The notes beneath the pieces were generated by a model. It searched no databases. It worked only from the letters and a program-made list of their open reading frames with translations, and had not been told where the DNA came from. The translations under genes and the position numbers were made by a program. From a virus (taxonomy: Duplodnaviria > Heunggongvirae > Uroviricota > Caudoviricetes): a stretch of 64,000 bases of DNA. Shown piece by piece: positions 19,134 to 27,749 of the stretch. The number at the start of each line of letters is the position of its first letter. The stretch's first letter is position 1. The stretch is from positions 55,240 through 119,239 of IMG/VR virus record IMGVR_UViG_3300033076_000726. One strand, given 5' to 3'.

Positions 19134-19817
19134 ATGGAAAAAGACTTTAAGCCGGTAAAAAGTGTGTACGGATCCAATTATGAAACAATTAAAAACATAA
19201 TGGAATTATATGGTATAGAACAGTTTGATTTGGATTGTACATATTCCAAAGGTAATTTTTGGAAAGATTTAAATGGTCCAAAACACAAAACAGATTTATA
19301 TCCTATAAATGAATCGGTAATCGAAGCCAACTCAGAAAATTTGCCGTTTGAAAACAATTCAATGAAAAGTATTATGTGGGACCCACCATTTGTTATTGTT
19401 GGTAGTGGTAATAGTCACAGAAACGGTAAAGAAGGTAGTTCTATTATTGCAAAAAGATTTGAGGGGTATGGAACTTACGAGGATTTAAAATCAAACTACA
19501 ATAACACATTGAAAGAATTGTATAGAATTACCGAAGATGGTGGTTTTGTTGTGATGAAATGTCAAGATACCGTATCGGGAGGTAAACAATATTTCAGTCA
19601 CGTCATGGTTATGAACATGGCATATAGAATTGGATTTTACCCAAGAGATTTATTTGTATTAACTTCAAATGTTAGAGTCAATGCCTTTAACGGTACAAAA
19701 TGGACTAAACAATATCATGCAAGAAAATATCATTCTTATTTTTGGGTATTTGAAAAAGTAAAACCAAAAGTTAAATACGATTATATAAATACGTGTATTG
19801 TTGAGGATGAACAATAA
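19134..19817 (+). CDS. putative amino (N6-A/N4-C) methyltransferase-like protein
   Basis: SENLPFENNSMKSIMWDPPFVI (D12/beta-class DPPY-type motif IV) followed by LKELYRITEDGGFVVMKC; no clear FxGxG motif I, so it may be truncated or non-canonical. Confidence 0.4.
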   Translation: MEKDFKPVKSVYGSNYETIKNIMELYGIEQFDLDCTYSKGNFWKDLNGPKHKTDLYPINESVIEANSENLPFENNSMKSIMWDPPFVIVGSGNSHRNGKEGSSIIAKRFEGYGTYEDLKSNYNNTLKELYRITEDGGFVVMKCQDTVSGGKQYFSHVMVMNMAYRIGFYPRDLFVLTSNVRVNAFNGTKWTKQYHARKYHSYFWVFEKVKPKVKYDYINTCIVEDEQ

Positions 19818-20544
19818 ATACAAATATAGTTTTTACCCTAAAAATAAAACATTACTTTGGTGTCCCATGGATACGAAGGAAAGATTTTATGATAACCTCA
19901 AAAATGACCCGTCTAATGAAACTTTAAATTATTATTTGAATAATCCAATCGAATATCAATTCAATAATAATGGATTCAGAACGGCGGATGATTTTAATAT
20001 AAATGAAGAAGGTAATGTTTATTTGGGTTGTAGTTTCACTATGGGTATTGGATTACATCTCGAAGATACGTGGGCGTATAAATTAAATCAGACTATCGGT
20101 GGAAAATTTTGGAACCTATCATTAGGTGGGTCAAGTATTATGAGTCAATTTAGAATATTATATGGTTTTCATGAAGAATTGAAAATTAAAAATATTTTTC
20201 ATTTCGCACCGATACTACCGAGGTATGAATTTTTTATTGATGGAAAACCAAGAATAATAAGTATACATGATAAAGAACATGAAGAATTATATTCTAAGTA
20301 CTTAATTGACAATGAACAACTTAATTTATTGTATATCACATATGTTAATTCAATTAAAAATTTAGCAAATAAAATAGGATGTAACTATTATCATTTGGGT
20401 TATTTTCCTGATAGGTATGATAAACTTGCAAGAGATTTGGCTCACCCATCGAAAAAATTTCACGACACCCTTTACGATGTTTTTTTAAATAAGATAAGGA
20501 ATGAAGATTACAGTATTGAATACCAATTTAATGAAACTATCTAA
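19807..20544 (+). CDS. hypothetical protein (possible SGNH-like fold)
   Basis: ATG at 19807 (track start 19798 is TTG); LGCSFTMGIG resembles GDSx with Cys replacing Asp. Confidence 0.45.
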   Translation: MNNKYKYSFYPKNKTLLWCPMDTKERFYDNLKNDPSNETLNYYLNNPIEYQFNNNGFRTADDFNINEEGNVYLGCSFTMGIGLHLEDTWAYKLNQTIGGKFWNLSLGGSSIMSQFRILYGFHEELKIKNIFHFAPILPRYEFFIDGKPRIISIHDKEHEELYSKYLIDNEQLNLLYITYVNSIKNLANKIGCNYYHLGYFPDRYDKLARDLAHPSKKFHDTLYDVFLNKIRNEDYSIEYQFNETI

Positions 20545-20899
20545 CTGGATTTTGAGGAGTACCTAAGTACATGGCAACCTTATCTCCAACTTTCCAACCA
20601 TTAGATGTTCCGGCGGGAAACTCTATAACATGGTCACCGATTCCGGTATATCTTGGTAAAGTCATTTGACGTGGATTTGGTGCGGGACAGTTAGGGTGTA
20701 TTCGGCTAATACGATTATTTGTAACAAACACAATATCAAGGGGTATGAGACAATTTTTCATCCAAAATGAATGATGTCCTTTACCCATTTTAAAAACCAT
20801 ACATCCTTCTAATGAATCTCTACCCATCATTCCCTTTTCAATTTCTTCATCGGTTGATAAATATTCGGCGGGAAATGTTTTGTTGTTAATATGAACCAT
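20537..20899 (-). CDS. DUF192-family protein
   Basis: KNCLIPLDIVFVTNNRISRIHPNCPAPNP resembles the DUF192/COG1430 core; lone minus-strand gene. Confidence 0.5.
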   Translation of the reverse strand: MVHINNKTFPAEYLSTDEEIEKGMMGRDSLEGCMVFKMGKGHHSFWMKNCLIPLDIVFVTNNRISRIHPNCPAPNPRQMTLPRYTGIGDHVIEFPAGTSNGWKVGDKVAMYLGTPQNPVR

Positions 20900-21131
20900 A
20901 TTGATAATTATTTGGAATTTTAATATAAATTTACTATATTAGTGAAAAAAAGGAAATGAAACTAAGACAGATAATTTACGTGATGATGATAGTCACGGGT
21001 ATATTGGTTGAAAAATATGGACTTAGAGGTGCCGACCCTAATTTAGTTAATTATTTTGGGTGGGGTGCAATAAGTCTTGGGTCGTTTAATATAATATTAG
21101 ACTATTTTAAAAAACCTAAAAAATAAACAAC
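20900..21131. promoter_or_regulatory. divergent intergenic region (start of the long rightward block)
   Basis: 232-bp AT-rich spacer between the DUF192 gene (-) and the 21132 gene (+); contains a 56-aa hydrophobic ORF. Confidence 0.35.
20956..21126 (+). CDS. small hydrophobic peptide (below cutoff)
   Basis: Own translation MKLRQIIYVMMIVTGILVEKYGLRGADPNLVNYFGWGAISLGSFNIILDYFKKPKK. Confidence 0.3.
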   Translation: MKLRQIIYVMMIVTGILVEKYGLRGADPNLVNYFGWGAISLGSFNIILDYFKKPKK

Positions 21132-21731
21132 ATGGCAAAGTTCACTAAAAAATGGCAGAAGGATTTTGAGAAAAGATATTCTGATGCAATGAAAACATTA
21201 TCGGATTTAGAACTTGAGTTTATGACAATGGAGGCGACTAATCCGGATGAATGGACAATAAAATATACTTCACCTAAAGTTGACACCGTTGAATTTGGTA
21301 GATTAGATAGTTTCTATGTAGATTTATCAAACGATGATGATGAATCCAAAGGACAAGTCCCAAGTGTTTCAATCAAGCTATGTACCGCTGTTGGTAACTT
21401 CGAATTTATGTCTCTTGATTTGGAACAACTAATTTCAATTAGAAATAGATTGATGGAGGCAATTGACGAATTCAAGCGACCACTTAAACCAGTTAAAGAA
21501 GTTGTTGATTATGATTTGGATGATTGTGGTGATGAAGAAGATGATGAATATCATGAATTTACAATTAAAGCAGAACAACCACTTACACAATCTTGGACAT
21601 ATACTGTAACCGCAAGAAGTGCATGTGAGGCAATCAAAATGGTTGAGGAAGACCCGTGGCAAGAAGGTGTTGTTAATAATGACGATAACGACTATTATGA
21701 TTATGGTGAAATTGAATATGAATCAATTTAG
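21132..21731 (+). CDS. acidic protein (candidate DNA mimic)
   Basis: 199 aa with runs DDDESKG, DYDLDDCGDEEDDEYHE, NDDNDYYDYGEIEYESI. Confidence 0.55.
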   Translation: MAKFTKKWQKDFEKRYSDAMKTLSDLELEFMTMEATNPDEWTIKYTSPKVDTVEFGRLDSFYVDLSNDDDESKGQVPSVSIKLCTAVGNFEFMSLDLEQLISIRNRLMEAIDEFKRPLKPVKEVVDYDLDDCGDEEDDEYHEFTIKAEQPLTQSWTYTVTARSACEAIKMVEEDPWQEGVVNNDDNDYYDYGEIEYESI

Positions 21732-21735
21732 TAAT

Positions 21736-22335
21736 ATGGCAAACTACAAATTAAAAGTACACGGGTGGGAACTAAACGCATCGGCACATTCACTCACCAA
21801 TGAACAGGTTGAAGACCTTCGAGAATATCAAGAAGAAAACGGTCACGATGAACTTAGTGAAATGGCTTGGGATATCGAAACTGTTGTTGATGGATATGAA
21901 CCATTCAGTACCAACATGTGGGTTATTGATGTTCCAATGGATAATGATAGATTGGAATTCATAATCGAAGATGAGAATGGTGAAACCGTCGGTACATTCA
22001 AGTTGGATGATATGACTGACCATTATGAAGTCGTTGAAGATTATGAAGGTAGAAATTTAAATGGTTACCCTGAAGAAGATGGTGATGAAAACATTCTACT
22101 TTTCTTTGAGGAAAATAAAGGAATTGTTTACGGTTTTAATTTAGAATCTGAAGAAATACCTACAGCCAAAGATTTCTCATATATTAGAGGTTCAATCGAT
22201 ACACCCGATGGTGATTGGGACTTTGTCGATAAAGTATTCTTTAAAGGAACAGAATTAGAGATTGACTTTGATTTTCAAGATACAAGAGGGAAGGCATTAA
22301 CCGTGCAACTTTGGACATTAAATGATGTAGACTAA
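21736..22335 (+). CDS. acidic protein (candidate DNA mimic)
   Basis: The ATG at 21736 (MANYKLKVHGW) follows the stop of the previous gene; the track start at 21619 would overlap. Sequence is very Asp/Glu-rich. Confidence 0.55.
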   Translation: MANYKLKVHGWELNASAHSLTNEQVEDLREYQEENGHDELSEMAWDIETVVDGYEPFSTNMWVIDVPMDNDRLEFIIEDENGETVGTFKLDDMTDHYEVVEDYEGRNLNGYPEEDGDENILLFFEENKGIVYGFNLESEEIPTAKDFSYIRGSIDTPDGDWDFVDKVFFKGTELEIDFDFQDTRGKALTVQLWTLNDVD

Positions 22336-22347
22336 ATAAAATTAAAT

Positions 22348-22653
22348 ATGGACGCACAATTATTACAGTTAGAAACCGATATGTCTAACTACCAAAAAGT
22401 AAAAGAACTAATATTACAAAAATTAGTCGGTGAAGGTTTATTAGACCAAGATGATGCAAATGAATTTGATGAGAGATGTCAAGTATTAGTATACAAAGGA
22501 ACTTGGTTTAGTAAATGGTTTGATAAAAACGTAAAAGTAGAAAAGCCAGATGCGGATAAGAAGGGTTGGTATATGAGAATTGTCGAATTGAAAGAAAAAG
22601 AAGACGAAGTGGATAGATTATTAAGAAGAACAACAGGAGATTATGATGAATAA
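22348..22653 (+). CDS. hypothetical protein
   Basis: 101-aa ORF. Confidence 0.5.
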   Translation: MDAQLLQLETDMSNYQKVKELILQKLVGEGLLDQDDANEFDERCQVLVYKGTWFSKWFDKNVKVEKPDADKKGWYMRIVELKEKEDEVDRLLRRTTGDYDE

Positions 22654-22942
22654 TTATTTACTAATTTTATTTTTTCAAATTATGTTTAACATCTTCAAAG
22701 TAATGGAGATAAGGTTTACATATGAGAATAAAATAAAAAGTTTATTGGTCAATAGTGTTTGGATAAATTTAATGGCATTAGGGTCAACCTACTATTCATT
22801 AGATGGTTTATTCAGAGGTGATTATCTAGGTATAATTTTTTATATTATGGGTAGTATTGTTGGTAAGTGGTTTGCCATGGTTCACTATGACGCAATAAAA
22901 GAAAAGTTAAAACCATATTTTAAAAGAAATAATGAAGAATAG
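22643..22942 (+). CDS. small membrane protein
   Basis: 99 aa with 2-3 hydrophobic helices. Confidence 0.45.
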   Translation: MMNNYLLILFFQIMFNIFKVMEIRFTYENKIKSLLVNSVWINLMALGSTYYSLDGLFRGDYLGIIFYIMGSIVGKWFAMVHYDAIKEKLKPYFKRNNEE

Positions 22943-23147
22943 AGAACCAAAGTATTTGACAGACTTCTTTCTTTATAATAAGAAATATCATTGGTTTATC
23001 ATACCAACGATTGTTTTCTTTTATAGAAAAGATGTATTTTTTTCAACAGGATGTTACACACCAGCAATTGGGTTTAGTGTAAGATGGTTAACATTTTTTA
23101 TGGGAATACAATTTCAAATAAATCCATATTATACAAATGAAAAATAA
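22932..23147 (+). CDS. small membrane protein
   Basis: 71 aa, hydrophobic. Confidence 0.4.
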   Translation: MKNREPKYLTDFFLYNKKYHWFIIPTIVFFYRKDVFFSTGCYTPAIGFSVRWLTFFMGIQFQINPYYTNEK

Positions 23148-23505
23148 CGAAGTTAAAACCTGGCACATTTTAGTGTTTATGTTAATGGTGACCTCATCAA
23201 TCTATATGATTTATGATAAACCAGAAATAGCATATGATACTATTAAAACAAATTGTAAAGAAGATTCATTACAAACCGTAATAAGTAATTTAGAGGGAAC
23301 CTTAAAGTCTGAAGAAGATGGTTGGGATTCAAAAGAAAGACGTTATGATGATATAATTGGTGAGTATGAATTTATGATGAATTATTTACACGATTATCAT
23401 ATTGAGGCATATAGAGATATTCATAGAGTTACTGGAATGAAAGAAAAATATTCTCGTGAAATTGAAAAAGAGAATAAACAAAGATTAAGCATTAGTAAGT
23501 TTTAA
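23137..23505 (+). CDS. hypothetical protein with N-terminal TM helix
   Basis: WHILVFMLMVTSSIYMIY anchor. Confidence 0.5.
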   Translation: MKNNEVKTWHILVFMLMVTSSIYMIYDKPEIAYDTIKTNCKEDSLQTVISNLEGTLKSEEDGWDSKERRYDDIIGEYEFMMNYLHDYHIEAYRDIHRVTGMKEKYSREIEKENKQRLSISKF

Positions 23506-23506
23506 T

Positions 23507-24136
23507 ATGAAGTTGTTTACATTCGGAGATAGTTTTAGTGAAGGTTACAATGAGTATGCCATATGGTCAACTTCTTATGTGAAGTGGAAAGGTTATAAAC
23601 CTAAAATATTTTCAGAAATTATATCGGAGAAATTAGGATGTGACCTCATAAATTATGGTGTTGGTGGAAATGATAACTACTCAATTTTGGAATCATTCTT
23701 TAAACATTATTCAGAAATAAAAAGTGATGATATAGTACTAATAAATTGGTCGTCAATTGAAAGGTTTAGAGTTGTAACCAAAAGTGGGGAATGGATTACA
23801 ATGGTGCCAAATTTTAAAAACGTATTAGATGATTTGGACATTTCAGAAAGAACGGTAGAAGAAATGTTTGTTAATAGAATGTCTGATAAGTTTTTAAATG
23901 AGGTAAATTATTGGATTGATTATATTAACCTAACAAACACCCACAATACCATAATTCATTGGACACCGTTTACCACTAAATTAAATTGTTATCCTTTTGG
24001 TGGTTATCACACAATAGGTGATGAAACGAATTTTGAATTGGTTGATGGTCATTTTTCGGAAAAGGGTCAAAAGCAATTGGCAGAAGACATAATGAAAATT
24101 ATACAAACAAAATCAGAAAGAAAAAATTTAATATGA
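23507..24136 (+). CDS. SGNH/GDSL hydrolase
   Basis: N-terminal FTFGDSFSEG (GDSx block I); distal DGHFSEKG (DxxH block V-like). Confidence 0.65.
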   Translation: MKLFTFGDSFSEGYNEYAIWSTSYVKWKGYKPKIFSEIISEKLGCDLINYGVGGNDNYSILESFFKHYSEIKSDDIVLINWSSIERFRVVTKSGEWITMVPNFKNVLDDLDISERTVEEMFVNRMSDKFLNEVNYWIDYINLTNTHNTIIHWTPFTTKLNCYPFGGYHTIGDETNFELVDGHFSEKGQKQLAEDIMKIIQTKSERKNLI

Positions 24137-25179
24137 ATACATTAGACATCAAATATCAAGAACTATTACAAGATATCATCGATAATGGGATTGTTAAAAC
24201 CGATAGAACGGGAACTGGTACTATATCAGTATTCGGTCGTCAAATTCGTCATAAGATGTCCCAAGGTTTCCCATTACTTACAACTAAAAAGATGGCGTGG
24301 AAAACAATGGTAATTGAATTGTTATGGTTTTTACGTGGAGACACAAATATAAAATATCTGATTGATAATGGTTGTCACATTTGGGATGGGGATGCTTATA
24401 AGAATTACCAAAAGAAAATGACCGAATGGTTTGGTAATGAAAGTCAACTAACCAAAGAACTATTTGTTGATAAAATCAAAACCGATGATGAGTTTGCAGA
24501 AAAATGGGGTGAATTAGGACCAATCTATGGTAAGCAATGGAGAGATTGGACTAAACCAAATCACACTTGGGGAACAGACCAAATCCAAAACTTAATTAAC
24601 GAACTTAAAACAAATCCTGATAGTAGAAGGTTAATGGTATCGGCTTGGAATGTAGGTGAGTTAGACCAAATGGTTTTACCACCTTGTCATTATGGATTTC
24701 AAGTTTATACTAGAGAGTTAAATATTGAAGAAAGATTAGATTTAGCATCAAAAACTTATGGTAATTTATTTGAGCCGTTTGATTTCCACAAAGTAGACCA
24801 TGAAGAAATTGATAAATTATATCCGGTCCCAAAACGAGCAATCTCTTTAATGTGGAATCAAAGAAGTGTGGATACATTTTTAGGTTTACCATTTAATATC
24901 GCATCATATGGTTTATTATTGGAAATTATATCCAAAGAGGTGGGTATGGTTCCAGATGAGTTGATTGGTAATTTGGGAGACGTTCATTTATACTCAAACC
25001 ATATTGAACAGGCAAAAGAACAAATTAGTAGAGAACCTTTTAAGAATCTACCATTATTGAAAATAGAAGAAAATGTTAAAAGATTGGAAGGTGATTCCTT
25101 ACCGATGTATAAATTAGAGGATTTTACATTAGTAAATTATGAATCACACCCAACAATTAAAGCACCTTTATCAAATTAG
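24133..25179 (+). CDS. thyA: thymidylate synthase (ThyA family) with two insertions
   Basis: TDRTGTGT, LPPCH (catalytic Cys), QRSVDTFLGLPFNIASY; ~40-aa inserts between IWDGDA...GELGPIYG and between FQVYT...ISLMWNQRS. Confidence 0.9.
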   Translation: MNTLDIKYQELLQDIIDNGIVKTDRTGTGTISVFGRQIRHKMSQGFPLLTTKKMAWKTMVIELLWFLRGDTNIKYLIDNGCHIWDGDAYKNYQKKMTEWFGNESQLTKELFVDKIKTDDEFAEKWGELGPIYGKQWRDWTKPNHTWGTDQIQNLINELKTNPDSRRLMVSAWNVGELDQMVLPPCHYGFQVYTRELNIEERLDLASKTYGNLFEPFDFHKVDHEEIDKLYPVPKRAISLMWNQRSVDTFLGLPFNIASYGLLLEIISKEVGMVPDELIGNLGDVHLYSNHIEQAKEQISREPFKNLPLLKIEENVKRLEGDSLPMYKLEDFTLVNYESHPTIKAPLSN

Positions 25180-25180
25180 T

Positions 25181-25657
25181 ATGAAAAAAATTACATTTAT
25201 TATTACATTTTTAATGATTGGGTCTATTGGATATGGTCAAAATCAATTTATAGATTATGTCGAATACAGTAAACTAAACCCAACAAAATTAACCCCATTA
25301 ACATCATTTGTAATGGAATGGTATGGGGTAAAATATCGTTTAGGTGGTAGTACCAAAAGAGGTATTGACTGCTCCCAATTTACTAAAAAATTATATTGGG
25401 AGGTTTATGGTTTGAAATTGGGTAAAAATTGTGCAGAACAATGGAATCAAACCAAAAGAGTAAAGAAAGATAGTTTACAGGTTGGAGATATAGTATTCTT
25501 TAGAAGTAGACAAAGTCCAAGTGGTTGGCATTGTGGGTTGTATTTGGGTAACGATACTTTCGCTCATGCCGCAAATAAAAAGGAAGGGGTTAAAATAAGT
25601 AGCTTATTTGAACCCCGTTACCTACGCTCATATAAGGGGGCAGGACGTTTAAATTAA
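25181..25657 (+). CDS. NlpC/P60 cell-wall peptidase with signal peptide
   Basis: MKKITFIITFLMIGSIGYGQ signal peptide; GIDCSQF (catalytic Cys) and HCGLYLGND...AHA (His). Confidence 0.8.
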   Translation: MKKITFIITFLMIGSIGYGQNQFIDYVEYSKLNPTKLTPLTSFVMEWYGVKYRLGGSTKRGIDCSQFTKKLYWEVYGLKLGKNCAEQWNQTKRVKKDSLQVGDIVFFRSRQSPSGWHCGLYLGNDTFAHAANKKEGVKISSLFEPRYLRSYKGAGRLN

Positions 25658-25788
25658 CGACCCTGACCTCTATATTTCTTAGGTTTTTGAGCCTTAGGAC
25701 CCCAAGATTTTTGAGACCTTCCGCTCTTCCTTTTTCCGAAGGTAATCTTCATTGAAGATGCACCACCTTTACCTTTTGCTTTTGCCAT
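25654..25788 (-). CDS. small basic peptide (below cutoff; uncertain)
   Basis: Own translation MAKAKGKGGASSMKITFGKRKSGRSQKSWGPKAQKPKKYRGQGR; convergent with the NlpC/P60 gene. Confidence 0.25.
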   Translation of the reverse strand: MAKAKGKGGASSMKITFGKRKSGRSQKSWGPKAQKPKKYRGQGR

Positions 25789-25859
25789 AAAAAAACATTT
25801 ATGTATATAAGTATATGTCAAATATTTTTCATATTATTGTACCATAATAACATATAACC

Positions 25860-27719
25860 ATGGAGGAAATATATACCGAAAAATTTAGTCATGCAACTAT
25901 CACGTTATTTAGAGATTATTCTAAATTAACTGAAAAGAAAACCTCACTTAATTCAATGCATGTCAACTTGGATGGGTTTGAAGACGAGGAGGAATTTTTT
26001 GATGATTCGTATACAACTAATGAAAAATTGTTGTCCTCTGTTCTTAGGGAACCGGAACCAGTAAAAGGAAGGGTAGTCAATTTCCCAACTAAAAACGGTA
26101 AAAAGAAAACGCATTTCTTTTATGAGAATAGTGACGTGGTTGAAAGATTCAACCTAAATTTTGCTATTTACGAATTTGATACTATAAATGACAGACAAAT
26201 AAAAAGACACTATGGTAATCCATTTTCGGAGGTTACAATAACAACAACCGAAAGGTCAGTTAGAAAATTTGGGGATAAGGTTACCATTAAAATCTATCAC
26301 GGCTCAAAGTATAGAAAATTCAATTCAATTTATTTTAAAAAGAGTTACCACGTGTTTTCGGTAACTATAAACACGAAGACCGGTAATTTCACAATATTAG
26401 AAAAGAGTAAAAATGGACGAAACTCCAATTCAAAATTTAGAACAAACTCTTTTATGATGTTGAATAACACCGCAATATCCAATTATTCATTTTTTAATGT
26501 TGCTAAGAATTTCAAAAAGAAATCTAGGTTATATAATGAAATGATAAATTCATTTAATGATGTTGAATTCACCTCAAAAATACATGAGTTATTATTTGGT
26601 AACAAACCAAAATTATTTGTAAACTATACAACAAACCCAAATAAATTTACAACCGATTTAATGTCATTCTTTGTTGAAAAGAAACAAATAAGAATTCCTG
26701 ATGGTGACATTGAATATCTTTTGTCTAAATTTTACCCTACCGAAAAGTATCTTAAAAAGAACGATAGAAAATTAGTTGCATCGGTATTAGACACTATCGG
26801 TTTAAAATCAAAATCAACAATCAAAATTGTACACAAATACCCTAACATAGATTTGGAAGGTCTTCATTGGTTATGCAATAGATTGGGAGATAACTACTCA
26901 AAGTATTTGGGTAATCTAAACGATGATGTTTTAAGTAGGTCATCAAGAACAGATACACCATATTCATATGGTGGTATAACTAAAGAAACATTATTACATT
27001 TTTCTTCACAACAAAGATATACACCATTATCTGATATTGAAAAGGAAAATTTAATCAGAGTATTGTCTGATGATAGTACTAATAGAAATATATTATCGGG
27101 ACAATCTATAAGAATGTATGATGACCATTTTAATATGATTGACAAAATAAGAAAATACATTCCCGATATCTTCATGAAAGCAAAAAGCATGAAAGAGTTC
27201 AATGAAGAACATAGAGAACTTTCAAAAATATTAAGCGGGATTAGAAAGGGATGGGTAATTGAATATCAATACGATGAGAAAACATTAAAAGATATTGAAG
27301 AACCTATTCAATGTTTATATGACGATAAGTCTTTACATACATTGTATCCTGTCATTTTGAAAAGAGAAGAAGAATATGTTGAAGAAGGTGATTTCATGCA
27401 CCATTGTGTTGCATCATATGCAGATAAAGATAAGTCAATGATTGTATCTTTAAGAAATGAAGATGGTTCAGATAGGGTTACTGTGGAATATGAAATTCAA
27501 AATGGTAAACCAATACAAAAAAGACATTTCTGTAATAAAGTTCCACCTGAAACATTTAATGATGGGTTATTGTTGTTAGATGATAAAATTAGATTACACG
27601 CAAGATGGGGTACATTAAATTGGAAGGAGAAAAAGAAAGTACCGGTAAAAATAAATGGGATGGAAATAAATTTAGACGATAGGGGACCCAGACAAGCCGA
27701 ATTTAGATTACCTTTTTAA
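25860..27719 (+). CDS. hypothetical protein, paralog family member A
   Basis: 619 aa; C-terminal ...FMHHCVASYADKDKSMIVSLRNEDG...VTVEYEIQNGKPIQ is shared with 27750-29150 and 48445-49449. Confidence 0.6.
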   Translation: MEEIYTEKFSHATITLFRDYSKLTEKKTSLNSMHVNLDGFEDEEEFFDDSYTTNEKLLSSVLREPEPVKGRVVNFPTKNGKKKTHFFYENSDVVERFNLNFAIYEFDTINDRQIKRHYGNPFSEVTITTTERSVRKFGDKVTIKIYHGSKYRKFNSIYFKKSYHVFSVTINTKTGNFTILEKSKNGRNSNSKFRTNSFMMLNNTAISNYSFFNVAKNFKKKSRLYNEMINSFNDVEFTSKIHELLFGNKPKLFVNYTTNPNKFTTDLMSFFVEKKQIRIPDGDIEYLLSKFYPTEKYLKKNDRKLVASVLDTIGLKSKSTIKIVHKYPNIDLEGLHWLCNRLGDNYSKYLGNLNDDVLSRSSRTDTPYSYGGITKETLLHFSSQQRYTPLSDIEKENLIRVLSDDSTNRNILSGQSIRMYDDHFNMIDKIRKYIPDIFMKAKSMKEFNEEHRELSKILSGIRKGWVIEYQYDEKTLKDIEEPIQCLYDDKSLHTLYPVILKREEEYVEEGDFMHHCVASYADKDKSMIVSLRNEDGSDRVTVEYEIQNGKPIQKRHFCNKVPPETFNDGLLLLDDKIRLHARWGTLNWKEKKKVPVKINGMEINLDDRGPRQAEFRLPF

Positions 27720-27749
27720 CTACACAATATCAATAAATCCATATATCTT

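Noticed and set aside
21619-21735. Upstream start (21619) for the second acidic protein
   Set aside because: It would overlap the previous gene by 113 nt. The in-frame ATG at 21736 immediately follows the upstream stop.
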